Assembly (NCBI GenBank): GCA_000004985.1
Contig: GG738902.1
DNA from: Naegleria gruberi
Taxonomy: Eukaryota
Direction: 5' to 3' (one strand)
DNA: 64,000 nucleotides
A program made the translations under genes and the position numbers. A model generated the notes under the pieces. That model saw only the letters and a program-made list of their open reading frames with translations. It made no database searches and had not been told where the DNA came from. Positions 53,910-63,597 of the stretch are shown piece by piece. Position 1 is the stretch's first letter. Each line of letters opens with the position of its first letter.

Positions 53910-54791
53910 TTATTCAGTCTTCTTTACATCAGTCTTCTTCCTCTTATAACTTTGAATATAAAAGTTCAAGAACAAGGCCAAGAAGGCAGCAACAGTCAAG
54001 TCAACCAAGAAGAATGGATAATAATTACCAGCACAAGTTTGGTTATCTCCATACTTGAACCACAACCAAACCTTTGGAACAACCAAATCAAAAACAAATT
54101 GAATAATTTGCATTCTGGTAATCCATGGCTTGATAACATTCAAACAACCTGGAGTAAAGATTGGAGAATTCTTAACAGTACAAACATAAAAGTAGAAATA
54201 CATGATAACGTGAACACCAGCATTCAAAGTTGAAGGGAACCACATCATTTGTGACTTTTCCAAAATGACATACCAACACAATAATAAGGTAATCATGTGA
54301 TGGAAGGTATGCAAGAAAGTCAAACTCTTACACTTGATCATTAAAAAGACAGTATCTAACAATTCATAATATTTGGACAAGTAGAAAATGTACAACCAGA
54401 AAGGAACTGCACCCTTTCCCATTCTATTAGGAACATCACAAGTTAAGGCAGAGAGTTTTTCCATAAAGCTAGCTTCTGGAATTTCATTAACAACTTCAAC
54501 AGCTTCACCAACAAATCCCAAAACCATGATCAAACTCAACACACTGAGGAAAATATTGTGGAATTTAATGAACATTTCCAAGAGTGGATGTTTCATTGGT
54601 GTATTATTTCTAACCTTTTTCATATACAGTGGAAGTAAATAAAGAGACAATCCATAACCAACAACAGCTGTTGCTGGATAGATCCAGTGAGATATTGGTG
54701 CTTCATTGTAAATGTACTTGAAATCGTGAATGTACTGGGACATTCCTTCACCATTAGGAATGAATTGTAAAAGTCTATCGATGAACACCAT
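53910..54791 (-). CDS. ELO-family fatty-acid elongase.
   Basis: Motifs KYYELLDTVF (K..E..DT), FLHTFHHMIT (H..HH), HVIMYFYFYV (H..MY.YY) and TRMQIIQFV (T..Q..Q), with a di-lysine C-terminus. The start was set at the first ATG; the track start is TTG. Confidence 0.75.
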   Translation of the reverse strand: MVFIDRLLQFIPNGEGMSQYIHDFKYIYNEAPISHWIYPATAVVGYGLSLYLLPLYMKKVRNNTPMKHPLLEMFIKFHNIFLSVLSLIMVLGFVGEAVEVVNEIPEASFMEKLSALTCDVPNRMGKGAVPFWLYIFYLSKYYELLDTVFLMIKCKSLTFLHTFHHMITLLLCWYVILEKSQMMWFPSTLNAGVHVIMYFYFYVCTVKNSPIFTPGCLNVIKPWITRMQIIQFVFDLVVPKVWLWFKYGDNQTCAGNYYPFFLVDLTVAAFLALFLNFYIQSYKRKKTDVKKTE

Positions 54792-55949
54792 ACTGATTCG
54801 AGATGATGATGAATATAAGAGTGGGTGTTGAGTGTGTTGGTTTTTTTCAAAAGTTTGAGCATACAGTCTTTGCACCAACCAGCCTTTATGGTTCAAACAA
54901 CAACAAGATCATCTTCACAGCCTCATTGGAAATTTTCAATAATTGAAACATCATCAACAAGGTGATGCTTGAAGCTGTTGTTTTTTGATTTTTACTCCAA
55001 CAACGGATCCTACAAATTGAAAAGTCCAAAATTGTGCGGTATGAAGCAATTTGTGTTATTAGGAAGTAAATAATATTGATAAGGTGGACGAGAATGGTGG
55101 AGGATCATTGATTGAGGATTATATGATGATTATTTTAATAATTAATATTGATCATCTTGTGTTGAATATTAATGTCGATTTTGTTGAGGTCTGAAGCCTA
55201 ATTGAACCGTAATTAAAATGGATGTTCACCACGCCTGTTGCCGATCCGATTTGTAATACTAGACAAACTCTTATTAAATAAATAGGCATGACCATCATCA
55301 ATGCACAATAATAATTTAATATACGATCGTCATGATGATGATGATGCAACTTTAACGTTGATGATGATGAGCATGGAAGGATGAAAGTTCTCCTGACGCG
55401 TGAATTTCAAAATGTGTATTTACTTTTGAAACTTCGTTAATAATAATAACAGAGAATTAAATAGTGGAATATCAACGGTACTATTATAATCTGTTATTGA
55501 TAATTTATTGTAAGGAAATTGAATTCAAATTGTAAGGTGGAGCAAATTTTCACACAGTACCAACTTGCTTCCATTATCGGTCTATTTTGATTTTGTCCGT
55601 TAGAGTGAAATTCCACCATTTGGAAAATTTTATTATTTGGGATTGTGAAATTTGACAGTGGTCACAGACCTTTTTTGTGGTTGTATAATAACTAGTAATT
55701 TACAGTAATGATAAGGTTGTTTGACTTTGAGGTGGAGTAAGGATGTCCTTCATGAGTGTCCTTACTTGTCGAACAAGGCATTTCGGTCACAAATGATTTT
55801 CAATACCAAGACTGCAAATATTACTTGTGAAAATAAGAAAAGGTGATAGATGTGTTTAGCCTAAAGGTTTAGGTCTGAAAACAGATTAGGATAATTTTCT
55901 TCAATTCGAATTAAAAAAATACCATTGAGATTGACCATCAAACGTCAAT

Positions 55950-57269
55950 ATGACTGAACAACAAACAGTGTTAATTGATGATCTTCAATTAATTTCAAAT
56001 CAATTTCCATGTGGTGATATTCTTTGGGAAATTTTATCATTTTGTAATGATTTTACATTTATTGTAATGAATTGTGCACTAGTTTCCAAACAGTGGTACC
56101 ATGTCATTTTGGAAAGATGTAAACTCTCATTAACCTGCAATTCGGATCAGAAATTGAAGGGAAAATTTCTTGAAAGAGTTTCAAATTTCACAGTTAAAAA
56201 GAATGAAGAAGGAAATTTGTTTAATTGTCAAATTTTTGAATGTTTGAAGAATTTGACAAGAATTGATATCAGTGATAATGAAATTAGCGATGAAAGGGTT
56301 AAGCATTTTGGTAATTTGACTCATTTGACAAATCTTGTAATTAATTGTAACGACATTGGTGTAGAGGGAGCTAAATGTCTTTGTCAACTGAATCAATTAA
56401 CAAGGCTTAATATTGGAAACAACAGTCTTGAGACTGAAGGTGCTAAATACATTAGTGAACTGAAGAATTTGACCAAACTTGATATCGCTCGCAACTGTAT
56501 TGGTGATAGAGGTGCTCAATTTATTACTGAAATGAAACAACTGACTTCTCTAAACCTTAACAGGAATGGAATTGAATATTTAGGAGCAAAATTTATTAGT
56601 GAAATGTATCAATTAACGAGTCTTGATATCAGTAACAATGACATTGGTTCTGAAGGAGCTAAACAAATTAGCAAACTCGACCAATTGACCAAACTATATA
56701 TTTACGATAATAATATTGGTGATGAAGGAGCTATGCACATTAGCGAAATGAAACAACTAACTAATCTCGATATTAGCAGGAATGATATTGACTCAGAAGG
56801 TGCCAAATCCATATGTGAACTCTATCAATTAACAAATCTCAATATTTGTTCGAATTACATTGGTGAAACAGGTGCCAAGCATATCAGTGAAATGAATAAT
56901 TTGACCATTCTTGAAATTGGCAGTAATGAAATTGGATCTGAAGGAGCGTATCATATCAGCAGAATGCACCAATTGACTAGGCTCATGATTTTTGCTAATG
57001 ATATTGGAGAAAAAGGGGCCAAACATGTTTCTGAGATGAAACAATTAACTAAACTCGATATTTATGATAATAATATTGGTGATGAGGGAACTATACACAT
57101 TAGCGAAATGAAACAATTAACCTACCTCGATGTTTCAGCCAATAATATTGGTCACGAAGGTGCTGAATATATTAGGAAATTGAATCGATTGACATTTCTT
57201 AATGTTCACTATAATTCATTCAGTGATAGTGAATCAGAACTTATAGAAAAGGAGTTAATGAAGGATTAA
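55950..57269 (+). CDS. F-box plus ribonuclease-inhibitor-type leucine-rich-repeat protein.
   Basis: N-terminal F-box-like LWEILSFCNDFTFIVMNCALVSKQWYHVI. About 14 repeats of 28-29 aa follow: QLTxLxIxxNxIGxEGAKxISEMK. Confidence 0.75.
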   Translation: MTEQQTVLIDDLQLISNQFPCGDILWEILSFCNDFTFIVMNCALVSKQWYHVILERCKLSLTCNSDQKLKGKFLERVSNFTVKKNEEGNLFNCQIFECLKNLTRIDISDNEISDERVKHFGNLTHLTNLVINCNDIGVEGAKCLCQLNQLTRLNIGNNSLETEGAKYISELKNLTKLDIARNCIGDRGAQFITEMKQLTSLNLNRNGIEYLGAKFISEMYQLTSLDISNNDIGSEGAKQISKLDQLTKLYIYDNNIGDEGAMHISEMKQLTNLDISRNDIDSEGAKSICELYQLTNLNICSNYIGETGAKHISEMNNLTILEIGSNEIGSEGAYHISRMHQLTRLMIFANDIGEKGAKHVSEMKQLTKLDIYDNNIGDEGTIHISEMKQLTYLDVSANNIGHEGAEYIRKLNRLTFLNVHYNSFSDSESELIEKELMKD

Positions 57270-57485
57270 CATGAATAAAAATTACTAATCTTAATTATTT
57301 ACGGTAATATTGAACAAAGATTGTAAAAGTGTTGTTTAATGTAATTGGAAGGAATGTGGAATTTGAGACGGATTAAGGATAACACCCAAGTCGAAAGTGG
57401 TCGCATTCTTTTCCTTTCACTGAAATTCTTGTTGTCAACTTTTACTGACAAGTGACAGCAACATAATTAAAAAAAATAGCAATAA

Positions 57486-58568
57486 ATGAACAATTACGAT
57501 GTAAGTTTCGTCTACCAACCATCTCATCATCCAACATGATTTCATCATCTCATCCACAGTTCGATTCCATCAACAAGGAAAGCAAAAAACAAGTGTAAGT
57601 TCAAATTTGAATCACAAGTCCAATATAATGTTGAAATAATATTCACAAACAGTGCTTGTCGTATCGTTGTCGGTGTTTGCATCCTTGGTTGCTGTATCTT
57701 TGCTGTCATTGCTGCTGTCGTCTTGGCTGCAGTCTTCTTCCCAAGAAGTCCAAATATTGTTAGTCAGTATGTATATATATATTAGAATCATTCATCATTC
57801 TCATCATCATATTTTGTTGTTGATTGGAATATCATCATCTTTATCGGAATGATATTAGACAATTGTATTTTACTCAATTTTCAGTGGATTTTTGTCCTGC
57901 TCAAAGTAAGAGCAATAATTCGGCATGTTGTGTTGGAAGTTCGTGTACCTTTTCCTATAATAATGCAACATTGGGTATTGCTTCGTATTTTGTGGTGCGA
58001 GCTACGAATGGTAACTTGTTTAATATATCATTGAATGCGTAGGTTTTATGATAATTTGATGATGAAATATTAATTCTTGATGGATGATGATGGTGTGGAT
58101 TTTATGTATTGATGTGATAATTGATGATTTTAGAGTCAAGATTGAAATCATGTATGGATCGGAAGTGATCGGTTCGAGTGCTTCGGAGAGTTATCCTGTT
58201 GGTCCACAAACTACTCAAGGTTTGTACTCATTGAAAATTACTTTATTCCTTAATTAATTAATTAATTCAATTTAAATTTAATAATTTTATTTGAAAATAC
58301 AAATAATAATGTGGAATGAAATGTAGATGTTAATGTACCAATTATATGGAAATCTTCTCTGAGTAGTAATGTAATGAAATCAATCATGTGCCAACTCACA
58401 GGTAATAACAATGCCTTACCTTATACATTCACGTTAAGTATGGGTTCAGTGACTTACTTCCTCAATACATTTGCATTCTCAAGTCAAACAGCAAGTCTTC
58501 AAGCTTCCATAGATGTTTGCTCATCCAATTGTAAAGTACAATACTACTCTTCAATGTGTCCAACCTAA
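57486..58568 (+). CDS. NDR1/HIN1-like (LEA_2 / WHy-like) membrane protein encoded in six short exons: 57486..57500, 57560..57594, 57653..57766, 57859..58038, 58134..58219 and 58327..58568.
   Basis: The spliced product has a TM helix RIVVGVCILGCCIFAVIAAVVLAAVFFPRSPNIVSQQLYFTQFSVDF...FSYNNATLGIASYFVVRATNGNLFNISLNAAVKIEIMYGSEVIGS...PVGPQTTQDVNVPI... This fits the LEA_2 topology. All junctions use GTAAGT, GTATGT, GTAGGT or GTTTGT donors with YAG acceptors and consistent phases. The 5-aa first exon is tentative. Confidence 0.5.
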
Positions 58569-58986
58569 TGATATAGTCATTCACATGTGGACATGAAATT
58601 TAATAAAAATTCAAGAAAACAATCTTTTTCTCAATGTTGGAATACATGAAAATTAAGAACTTGTAAGTCCCAATTAATGTAAATTCCTTGTCTGATTTGG
58701 CGAGATATGTTACAATGGAAAAATTCATTAAAATTCATCTGCGTCTCACTTTACTGGTCAGAACTTCTCCCGCCAAATCGTAAACGAGTAACCAATCATA
58801 ACTGTTACGCTTGAAAAATTTACTTTAGAAAAAAAAAACTCAATTCTCTCCCCTCTACACTCTTTCAGTTGTTGTTGCAACAAATTTTTATCGTAGTGAG
58901 GGTTTTTATATATTTTGTATAGTTCATCATCCAAATCCAAATCATCATCAACCACCTTACTTACTATATTATTTATTAAATCGAGA

Positions 58987-61900
58987 ATGGGTTGCGGAAA
59001 TTCAAAATCAACACTCGGTGTAGTTGAGACCGTCGAAGAAAAACCAAAACAACAAGCCACTGTCAATAACACCACTAATACTACCACTGCTGTCATGACA
59101 GGAACACTTGAACCAGAGGCACCAAAGAAGAAGGATGGTTTCTGTTACTTCTTTGGTCTTGACAGTCAAACTAAGGAAAACCTCACTGAAGGGAATAAGG
59201 ATATGAAGGAACTACTTGGAGGAAAAGGTGCTAACTTGTGCGAAATGTGCAATTTAGGTATTAATGTTCCTCCTGGATTTACTGTTTCTACAGAAGCCTG
59301 TGAACACTTTAGCCAGCTTCATAACCTTGCTACTTCAGCAGGAGAAGAAGGAGCTGAAAAAAAGAATCTCACTTTACCAGAAAACATTCAAACACAAGTC
59401 GACGAATATCTCAAAAAATTGGAACAAGCAACTGGAAAGAAATTTACCGATTCATATGAAAATGATACAGATAAGGTTCTCTTAATTTCTGTGAGATCAG
59501 GAGCTGCCATTTCAATGCCTGGAATGATGGACACTATTCTTAACCTTGGTATTTGTGACAAGAATATTACTCAACTCGTTAAAAACTTTGGTGGAAATGA
59601 AAAATTCGCTTGGGATTCATATCGTAGTCTCGTTCAAATGTTCGGTGAAGTTGTCATGTCAGTCAAGCCAGAACATTTCGAAGACAATATCAAAAAGCAA
59701 AAGGAAAAGAGAGGTATTACTCATGATTCTGAATTGAATTTGGAAGAAATTCAACAAATCGTTCAAGATCACAAACTTACTATTTTCGAACAAACTGGAG
59801 GTGAAGACTTCCCACAAGATGTTCGTCAACAATTGTACAGAGCTATTATTGCTGTCTTTAACTCATGGCACAATAAGCGTGCTGTGCAATATAGAAAGAT
59901 TCACAACATTACTGGTCTTAAGGGAACTGCTGTAAATATTCAATCCATGGTCTTTGGTAATGTTGATGAACGTTCATGTTCTGGTGTCTGTTTCAGTAGA
60001 AATCCTTCAACAGGTGAAAATCTATTCTATGGTGAATATATGATTCAAGCACAAGGTGAAGCTATTGTTGCTGGTCAAAGAACTCCAGAAAAGATTGAAA
60101 CCTTGGCTACTAACTTCCCAGAATGTAACACTAGTTTGAAGGAAATCAGTACCAAATTGGAAAAGCACTTTAAGGATGTCCAAGATATGGAATTCACAAT
60201 TGAACAAAATACTCTCTATATGTTGCAATGCAGAAATGGTAAAAAGACAATTCAAGCTTCTCTCAAGATTTACTGTGACATGATAGATGAAGGTCTTATC
60301 AATGAAAGAGAAGCCATCTCAAAGATTGATGCTACTCAACTCAACCAAATGCTCCATCCATTCTTGGATGATTCTGAAAAGGCTCATCACGAACCTTTGG
60401 CAACTGGTTTACCAGCAAGTCCTGGTGCTGTAGTTGGTAGAATTGCTTTCACCAGTGAACAAGCCATTAAAATGTCTGAAACCAGAAAGGAAGATGGTGA
60501 TGTCATCTTGGTCAGAGAACAAACAAGCACTGAAGATTTGGCTGGTATGCATGCTTCTCAAGGTTTCTTGACTACTAATGGTGGTCTTACTTCTCATGCT
60601 GCTGTTGTTTCTCGTCAACAAGGTAAATGCTGTGTAAGTGGATGTAGCTTGCTTTATGTCACTAGTGAAGAATCTTGTACAATTAATGGAACCCTCTTTA
60701 ATCAAGGTGATATTATTACTATTGATGGTTCAACTGGTAATGTCTACGGTAAGGCTCTCAAGACAACTAGACCAGGTATTTCTCAACCTGACTTTGTCAG
60801 AATTATGGATATTGAAAAGAAGTACAGAACTATGAGTGTCTATGCTAACGCTGATACATCTGTCGATGCTCATAAGGCTGTTGAATTCGGTGCTGAAGGT
60901 ATTGGATTGTGTAGAACTGAGCACATGTTCTTTGAAAAGACAAGAATAGTTGACATGAGAAGAATGATTGTTGCCTCCACCACAGAAAAGAGACAAGAAG
61001 CTATTAATGTTCTCAAAGATTATCAACGTTCTGATTTCCTTTCCCTCTTCCATGCTATGGAAGGAAAGAAGGTCACTATTAGATTGTTAGATCCTCCACT
61101 TCACGAATTTTTACCAGAAGATCCACAAGAAATTGAAGAATTGGCTTTGGCTCTTGGTGAATCTGTTAAGGATGTTACCCTTACTGTCTCTCAACTCAAG
61201 GAAAAGAATCCAATGTTGGGTCATCGTGGTTGTAGATTGGGTATTACCTTCCCCGAGATTACTCAAATGCAAGTTGAAGCCATTTTTGAAGCTGCTATTG
61301 ATGCTACTCATAAGGGCGAAGTTGTTGTTGATATTATGGTTCCATTAGTTCAATCTGTTCAAGAACTTGTCAACCAAAAGGAAATTATTGAAAAAGTTGC
61401 TTCATCATTGTTTGCCAAGCATGAAGACAGAAAATATCTCATTCATTACAGAGTTGGTTGTATGATTGAAACTCCAAGAGCTGTTTTGATGGCTAAAGAA
61501 CTTGCTGGTGTTGCTGATTTCTTCAGTATTGGAAGTAATGACTTGACTCAAATGACCTTTGGTTTCAGTAGAGACGACAGTGGTAAATTCCTTAAATATT
61601 ATCTCGAACGTGACTTGATTGAAAATGATCCATTCGAAGTTTTGGATACAGAAGGTGTTGGAAAGATTATTCAACTCACTGTCCAAACTGGTAGAGAAGC
61701 AAAGAATGGTTTGACTGTTGGTTTGTGCGGTGAACATGGTGGTGAATCTCACTCTGTTAAATTCTTGTACCAATGCGGTCTTTCATATGTCAGTTGTTCA
61801 CCTTATAGAATTCCAATCGCTAGACTTTCTGCTGCTCAAGAATCTGTCAAGAATTGGAGAAATGTTATTTGTGTTAATGGTGGTCCAGGATCAGGAAAGG

Positions 61901-62412
61901 GCACACAATGTGCCAAACTTGTTGAAAAGTATGGTTTTATCCATTATAGTACAGGTGATTTGTTGAGAGCTGAAGCTGCTAAGGATACAGAACAGGGTAG
62001 AATGATCTCGTCATACATTAAGGAAGGTAAGATTGTGCCTGGTGCTGTTACTCTTGGTTTGTTAAGAAATGCTATTTTGAACCATCCTAAAAAGGATGCT
62101 ACGTTCTTGATCGATGGCTTCCCAAGAGAAATGCAACAAGCTGTTGACTTTGAAGCTCATGTCTGTAAATTCAAGTTTGTCCTCTTCTTTGATTGTCCAG
62201 AAGAAATTTTGGAACAAAGATTGTTAGAAAGAGGTAAGACGAGTGGTAGATCTGATGACAATGCCGAAAGTATTAAGAAGAGATTCAAGACCTATAGCGA
62301 CCAAACAATGCCAGTTATTGGATACTTTAAGAAGACTGATAGAGTCAAGACAATTGATAGTTCAAAGACACAAGAAGAAGTGTTTGCTGAAGTATGCAAA
62401 TTATTTGATTAA
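58987..62412 (+). CDS. Pyruvate phosphate dikinase fused in-frame to an AK1 / UMP-CMP-kinase-type nucleoside monophosphate kinase, with an MGCGNSK myristoylation-type N-terminus.
   Basis: PPDK blocks: GGKGANLCEM, SVRSGAAISMPGMMDTILNLG, the catalytic His in GGLTSHAAVVSRQQG with CCVSGC, GLCRTEHMFF, NPMLGHRGCRLGITFPEI, IETPRAVL...GSNDLTQMTFGFSRDD, CGEHGG and CSPYRIPIARLSAAQ. The same frame continues into ICVNGGPGSGKGTQC...STGDLLRAE...LIDGFPRE...RGKTSGRSDDN. No stop or intron lies between the two halves. Confidence 0.85.
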   Translation: MGCGNSKSTLGVVETVEEKPKQQATVNNTTNTTTAVMTGTLEPEAPKKKDGFCYFFGLDSQTKENLTEGNKDMKELLGGKGANLCEMCNLGINVPPGFTVSTEACEHFSQLHNLATSAGEEGAEKKNLTLPENIQTQVDEYLKKLEQATGKKFTDSYENDTDKVLLISVRSGAAISMPGMMDTILNLGICDKNITQLVKNFGGNEKFAWDSYRSLVQMFGEVVMSVKPEHFEDNIKKQKEKRGITHDSELNLEEIQQIVQDHKLTIFEQTGGEDFPQDVRQQLYRAIIAVFNSWHNKRAVQYRKIHNITGLKGTAVNIQSMVFGNVDERSCSGVCFSRNPSTGENLFYGEYMIQAQGEAIVAGQRTPEKIETLATNFPECNTSLKEISTKLEKHFKDVQDMEFTIEQNTLYMLQCRNGKKTIQASLKIYCDMIDEGLINEREAISKIDATQLNQMLHPFLDDSEKAHHEPLATGLPASPGAVVGRIAFTSEQAIKMSETRKEDGDVILVREQTSTEDLAGMHASQGFLTTNGGLTSHAAVVSRQQGKCCVSGCSLLYVTSEESCTINGTLFNQGDIITIDGSTGNVYGKALKTTRPGISQPDFVRIMDIEKKYRTMSVYANADTSVDAHKAVEFGAEGIGLCRTEHMFFEKTRIVDMRRMIVASTTEKRQEAINVLKDYQRSDFLSLFHAMEGKKVTIRLLDPPLHEFLPEDPQEIEELALALGESVKDVTLTVSQLKEKNPMLGHRGCRLGITFPEITQMQVEAIFEAAIDATHKGEVVVDIMVPLVQSVQELVNQKEIIEKVASSLFAKHEDRKYLIHYRVGCMIETPRAVLMAKELAGVADFFSIGSNDLTQMTFGFSRDDSGKFLKYYLERDLIENDPFEVLDTEGVGKIIQLTVQTGREAKNGLTVGLCGEHGGESHSVKFLYQCGLSYVSCSPYRIPIARLSAAQESVKNWRNVICVNGGPGSGKGTQCAKLVEKYGFIHYSTGDLLRAEAAKDTEQGRMISSYIKEGKIVPGAVTLGLLRNAILNHPKKDATFLIDGFPREMQQAVDFEAHVCKFKFVLFFDCPEEILEQRLLERGKTSGRSDDNAESIKKRFKTYSDQTMPVIGYFKKTDRVKTIDSSKTQEEVFAEVCKLFD

Positions 62413-62435
62413 ATGTAAATAAATATATAAATATT

Positions 62436-63311
62436 CTAATTTCCATACGTCTCTGCAAACTTTTGAAGTAAATATTGGTAAGCTGTTTTGTTAACAGATT
62501 CAATAAAAAACTCCTTGTCTGGTTGTCCAAAGAATGCAATACTATACCTATCTGATTCATAATTAGACAGGACAACTTGATGAGGAACACTCTTATATTC
62601 TTGATCAGTCCATTCTTGCATCAAATCTCCACAATTTACAATAATGGCATCTTTAACACAAGGTGCATCAATCATTTCATTAGTGATTCGGTCCAAAACT
62701 TTCAAACCACCTGTACTATCCTGACATAACAATGTTATTGAACCATAGTCAGAGTGAATTCCACATCCATTACTAAATTTTGGAGCACTTGAATCAAGTT
62801 TAGGATAATGTAAATATCTCAAACTATGTTCCATTTCAGAGTGAGCCAGAGCAAAATCATCCGTTTGTTTACTCAATCCTCTCTGTAAATCACCCAATAA
62901 TTCAATCAATAGACCATGCAATTCCAAGAATAGTTTCTTTGAAAATTCCTCAAATCCCTTAACAGAACCATGTTCATCTTCATTAGGAAAATAAACTTTT
63001 CCATAATCTACATCCGACTTGGACATTCGAACATTGTAAGCCTCCTTCAGATCAATGTCCTTTCCATTTAATTTCTCACTATTCGTACTAATGTAACCAC
63101 TTTCTCCCTTCACTGTATGAAGTTCTTGTTTCACTTGTTTCGGCAATTCAAAAAACAGTTTTGAAAATTCAAAAGCTTGATCAATTAATGGAATTAATGG
63201 ATGATCAACAAGATAGAAAAATCCGATACTGTTCAGGGCATGTTTAATTTCGTCCAATCTCGTGTCGCTGTTGTATGAAATGATGGGAATTAAAGTTTCG
63301 TTTGGTTTCAT
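62436..63311 (-). CDS. 2-oxoglutarate/Fe(II)-dependent dioxygenase (isopenicillin-N-synthase-like fold).
   Basis: GCGIHSDYGSITLL has the H.D motif. KSVPHQVV supplies the distal His and RYSIAFFGQP the R.S motif. The first ATG at 63311 is in AAAAAAATG context; the track start is GTG. Confidence 0.7.
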   Translation of the reverse strand: MKPNETLIPIISYNSDTRLDEIKHALNSIGFFYLVDHPLIPLIDQAFEFSKLFFELPKQVKQELHTVKGESGYISTNSEKLNGKDIDLKEAYNVRMSKSDVDYGKVYFPNEDEHGSVKGFEEFSKKLFLELHGLLIELLGDLQRGLSKQTDDFALAHSEMEHSLRYLHYPKLDSSAPKFSNGCGIHSDYGSITLLCQDSTGGLKVLDRITNEMIDAPCVKDAIIVNCGDLMQEWTDQEYKSVPHQVVLSNYESDRYSIAFFGQPDKEFFIESVNKTAYQYLLQKFAETYGN

Positions 63312-63597
63312 TTTTTTGAGTTTCGTAAGGTAGGTACTTTCCCAAGTCCACACATAACTTGGTTAAAATTCACAGATTTCTTCAATAAATCTTTATTAGA
63401 AAGTTCCTTTCCTCAACATTTTCATCCAATTATTGAAGGGAAGATTTGGCGCCAAAAAATTTCCGGATATTGTAAACTGGTTCTGCTGGTTGCAAAGCAT
63501 TTTTCCAGCAAAACAAAAGTTTGTGTTTTCTACCAACTGACAAACCTATTTAAGACGAAACCAATTCGAAACACCACTAAACAAAAACAACAAAAAA

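Noticed and set aside
55300-55380. An (ATG/CAT)n microsatellite encoding a His run in the ORF at 55152..55349.
   Set aside because: The ORF is short and low-complexity and lies in a divergent promoter region. It is most likely a non-coding trinucleotide repeat.
57555-57575. The sequence AGTTCGATTCCAT resembles a tRNA T-loop (GGTTCGATTCC).
   Set aside because: The flanking bases cannot form a T-stem, acceptor stem or anticodon arm. It lies inside a coding exon and codes for FDSI.
58758-59096. A 112-aa minus-strand ORF overlapping the PPDK N-terminus.
   Set aside because: It is the antisense reading of a strongly supported coding region. It has no start context of its own.
1040-63353. N-terminal extensions in several track ORFs (1786, 20320, 25282, 37551, 54896, 63353).
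   Set aside because: These ORFs begin at GTG or TTG translated as Met. No ATG is present at those positions, so the starts were moved to the first ATG in A-rich context.
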